From NCBI RefSeq assembly GCF_036321535.1, contig NC_087436.1, positions 14,818,001 to 14,882,000 of the forward strand: 64,000 bases of DNA. Reading direction: 5' to 3'. Origin of the DNA: Camelus dromedarius. Lineage: Eukaryota. Position 1 is the stretch's first letter; each line of letters starts with the position of its first letter. The position numbers and the translations under genes were made by a program. The notes under the pieces were generated by a model that was not told where the DNA came from, searched no databases, and saw only the letters and a program-made list of their open reading frames with translations. Shown piece after piece: positions 62,187 through 64,000 of this stretch.

Positions 62187-62990
62187 GTGATTTATAATAA
62201 GATATATGGATTTGATCTTTGTTCCCATTTCTGGCACAAAGCTCCTAAAACCGTTGGAATTTCTTAAGCGAGGAAAGTAATTAAGATGCCTTTTGTTATG
62301 TTAATGAATTTTGGAAAGCACCCAGGTAACCTAAGAATGGGAGCTGGATGCCAAGGTACCCAACTGCGTAATTAGAGGTTTGGACCTTTCAGTCCCTCCT
62401 GGACCTTTGAGGAAGAAAGAGGGGCTGGAGATCGAATCAGTCACCAAAGGACAATGATTCAATCAATCATGACTATGTACTGAAGACTCCATACAAACCC
62501 AGAAGTATGGGATCTGAGAGCTTCTGGGTTGATGAACACATGGAAATTCAGGGAGAGTGGCACCCCTGGAGATGGCACAGAGATTCCTTACCCTTTCCCA
62601 TACCGCATCCTAAGGCTCTCTCCCATCTGTCTGTTCCTGAGTGATATCCTTTCATAATAAACCAGTGACTGAGTAAGTAAAATGTTTCTTGGAGTTCTAT
62701 GAGCGGCTCTAGCAAATTAGTCAAAGCCAAAGAGGGAGTCATTGGAACCTCTGGTCTGTGGCTGACCAGTCAGAAACACAAGGGACAACCTGGACTTGGG
62801 ATTGGTGTCTGAAGTGGGGGAGAGGCAGGTTGCAGGACTGAGCCCTTAACCTGTGGGCTCTGATGCCATCTCTGGGTAGATGGTGTCACCATTGAGTTGA
62901 ATTATAAAGGACACCTAACTGTGTCCTGAGCATTGCTTAGTGTGTTAAAAACACACACACTGGAACATGGTGCAGAGTTATAGCCCCTCA
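62187..62990 (+). mobile_element. ERV LTR (MER21-like)
   Basis: tgtgatttataataag...gctcctaaaacc.ttggaatttc...taataaaccagt...ctctagcaaatta. Confidence 0.75.
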
Positions 62991-63589
62991 TGAGGATGGG
63001 AAGACTTGGGAGTGTGGAGAGGGCAGGAGAAACTCTCTAACTGATGGCCCATCAGGCTCGGGTGAGACTCTTCCCAGGGTCATTCAAGCAAGAGAAGGTG
63101 GACTTCTCCCGGGGAGAAGGGCAGAGCCCCTTCCTGGTGTGGGAGTCTGAAGGAGAGGTCATGGCACCAGGGACCATTGAGGGACTCTAAAGGAGCAGCA
63201 GGATGCTTCTGTAGATGGTTCTGGGTTATGTGTGACCTTGATCTTCACCTGGGCTTTATCTGGAGCCTCTGATTCTTGATAGTCTCAGTTGGGCTGTTGT
63301 CCAGTCTGGCCAGTGTGTGAGCAGCTTCTGTCTACACCAGCACACTTCTTGTGTCTACACTGCCTTGAAAAGTGGAACAAACCTGGACCCAACGACTATT
63401 TTATTTGCCGCTGCATGTTTCAGAGGCAGAAGGTCATGAGGGCTTGAGAGGATGTAAGTGCGGCTGGAGAAAATCAGATTCCTGGAGTGAAAAAAGCAGA
63501 GGGACCTGGTTCCTGGGGTAAGTAGGGGTAGGGATGTTGACTGTGACCCCAGATGTTGTCACTTGCGTGAATTCAAGAATCACTGAGGC

Positions 63590-64000
63590 AAATGTTCATA
63601 GCAGCACTATTTACAATAGCCAAGACATGTAAACAACCTAAATGCCCATTGACAGATGACTGGATAAAGAAGTTGTGGTATATTTATACAATGGAGTATT
63701 ACTGAGCCATAAAAAGGATGAAATAATGCTCTTTGTAGCAACATGGATGAACTTTGAAATGATTTTATTAAGTGAAGTTAAGTCAGACAGAGAAAGTTAA
63801 ATATCATATGATATCACTTACATGTGGAACCTTAAAAAAAAGATACAAATTTTATTTACAAACTAGAAATGGACTGATGGACATAGAAAACAAACTATGG
63901 TTACCAAAGGGGAAAAGGGTGAGGGGAGGGATTAATTAGGAGTTTGGGATTAACAGATACACATTACTATATATCAAATAGATAAACAACAAGGACCTAC
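63590..64000 (+). mobile_element. LINE-1 3' region (runs off the window edge)
   Basis: atgttcatagcagcactatttacaatagccaagacatg...aggagtttgggattaacagatac. Confidence 0.95.

Noticed and set aside
82..62742. The many 60-177 aa ORFs in the supplied track as genes
   Set aside because: They are short, often non-ATG, and overlap repeats or microsatellites, as expected by chance in mammalian DNA. A few (5528/5634, 21160, 33819, 37940) merely overlap pseudo-exons.

Overview
Mammalian genomic DNA, most likely from a camelid (camel/alpaca/vicuna). The evidence is six copies of a tRNA-derived SINE of the camelid vic-1 type with TSDs, plus young L1 3' ends of artiodactyl type. No intact protein-coding gene is supported, and most of the ORF track is noise. 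The main result is a large degraded multi-exon gene on the + strand (about 2.2-41.3 kb). I found about 27 candidate exons by reading splice signals and checking that reading-frame phases match from exon to exon. It carries more than 20 in-frame stops, several frameshifts, damaged splice donors and an L1 insertion in one exon, so it is an unprocessed and probably unitary pseudogene. By eye and from recalled sequences, the reconstructed protein has two C18orf63/DUF4708-like (Argonaute/PIWI PAZ-like) modules and several extended-Tudor-like segments. That architecture matches no mammalian gene I recognise and suggests a lost germline small-RNA (piRNA) pathway factor. The domain calls need HMM or structure confirmation. 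The remaining 41-64 kb is intergenic: MIR, L2, L1, MaLR, ERV LTRs and hAT transposons, plus a few enhancer-like motif clusters. Repeat subfamily names and boundaries are approximate because they were read by eye.
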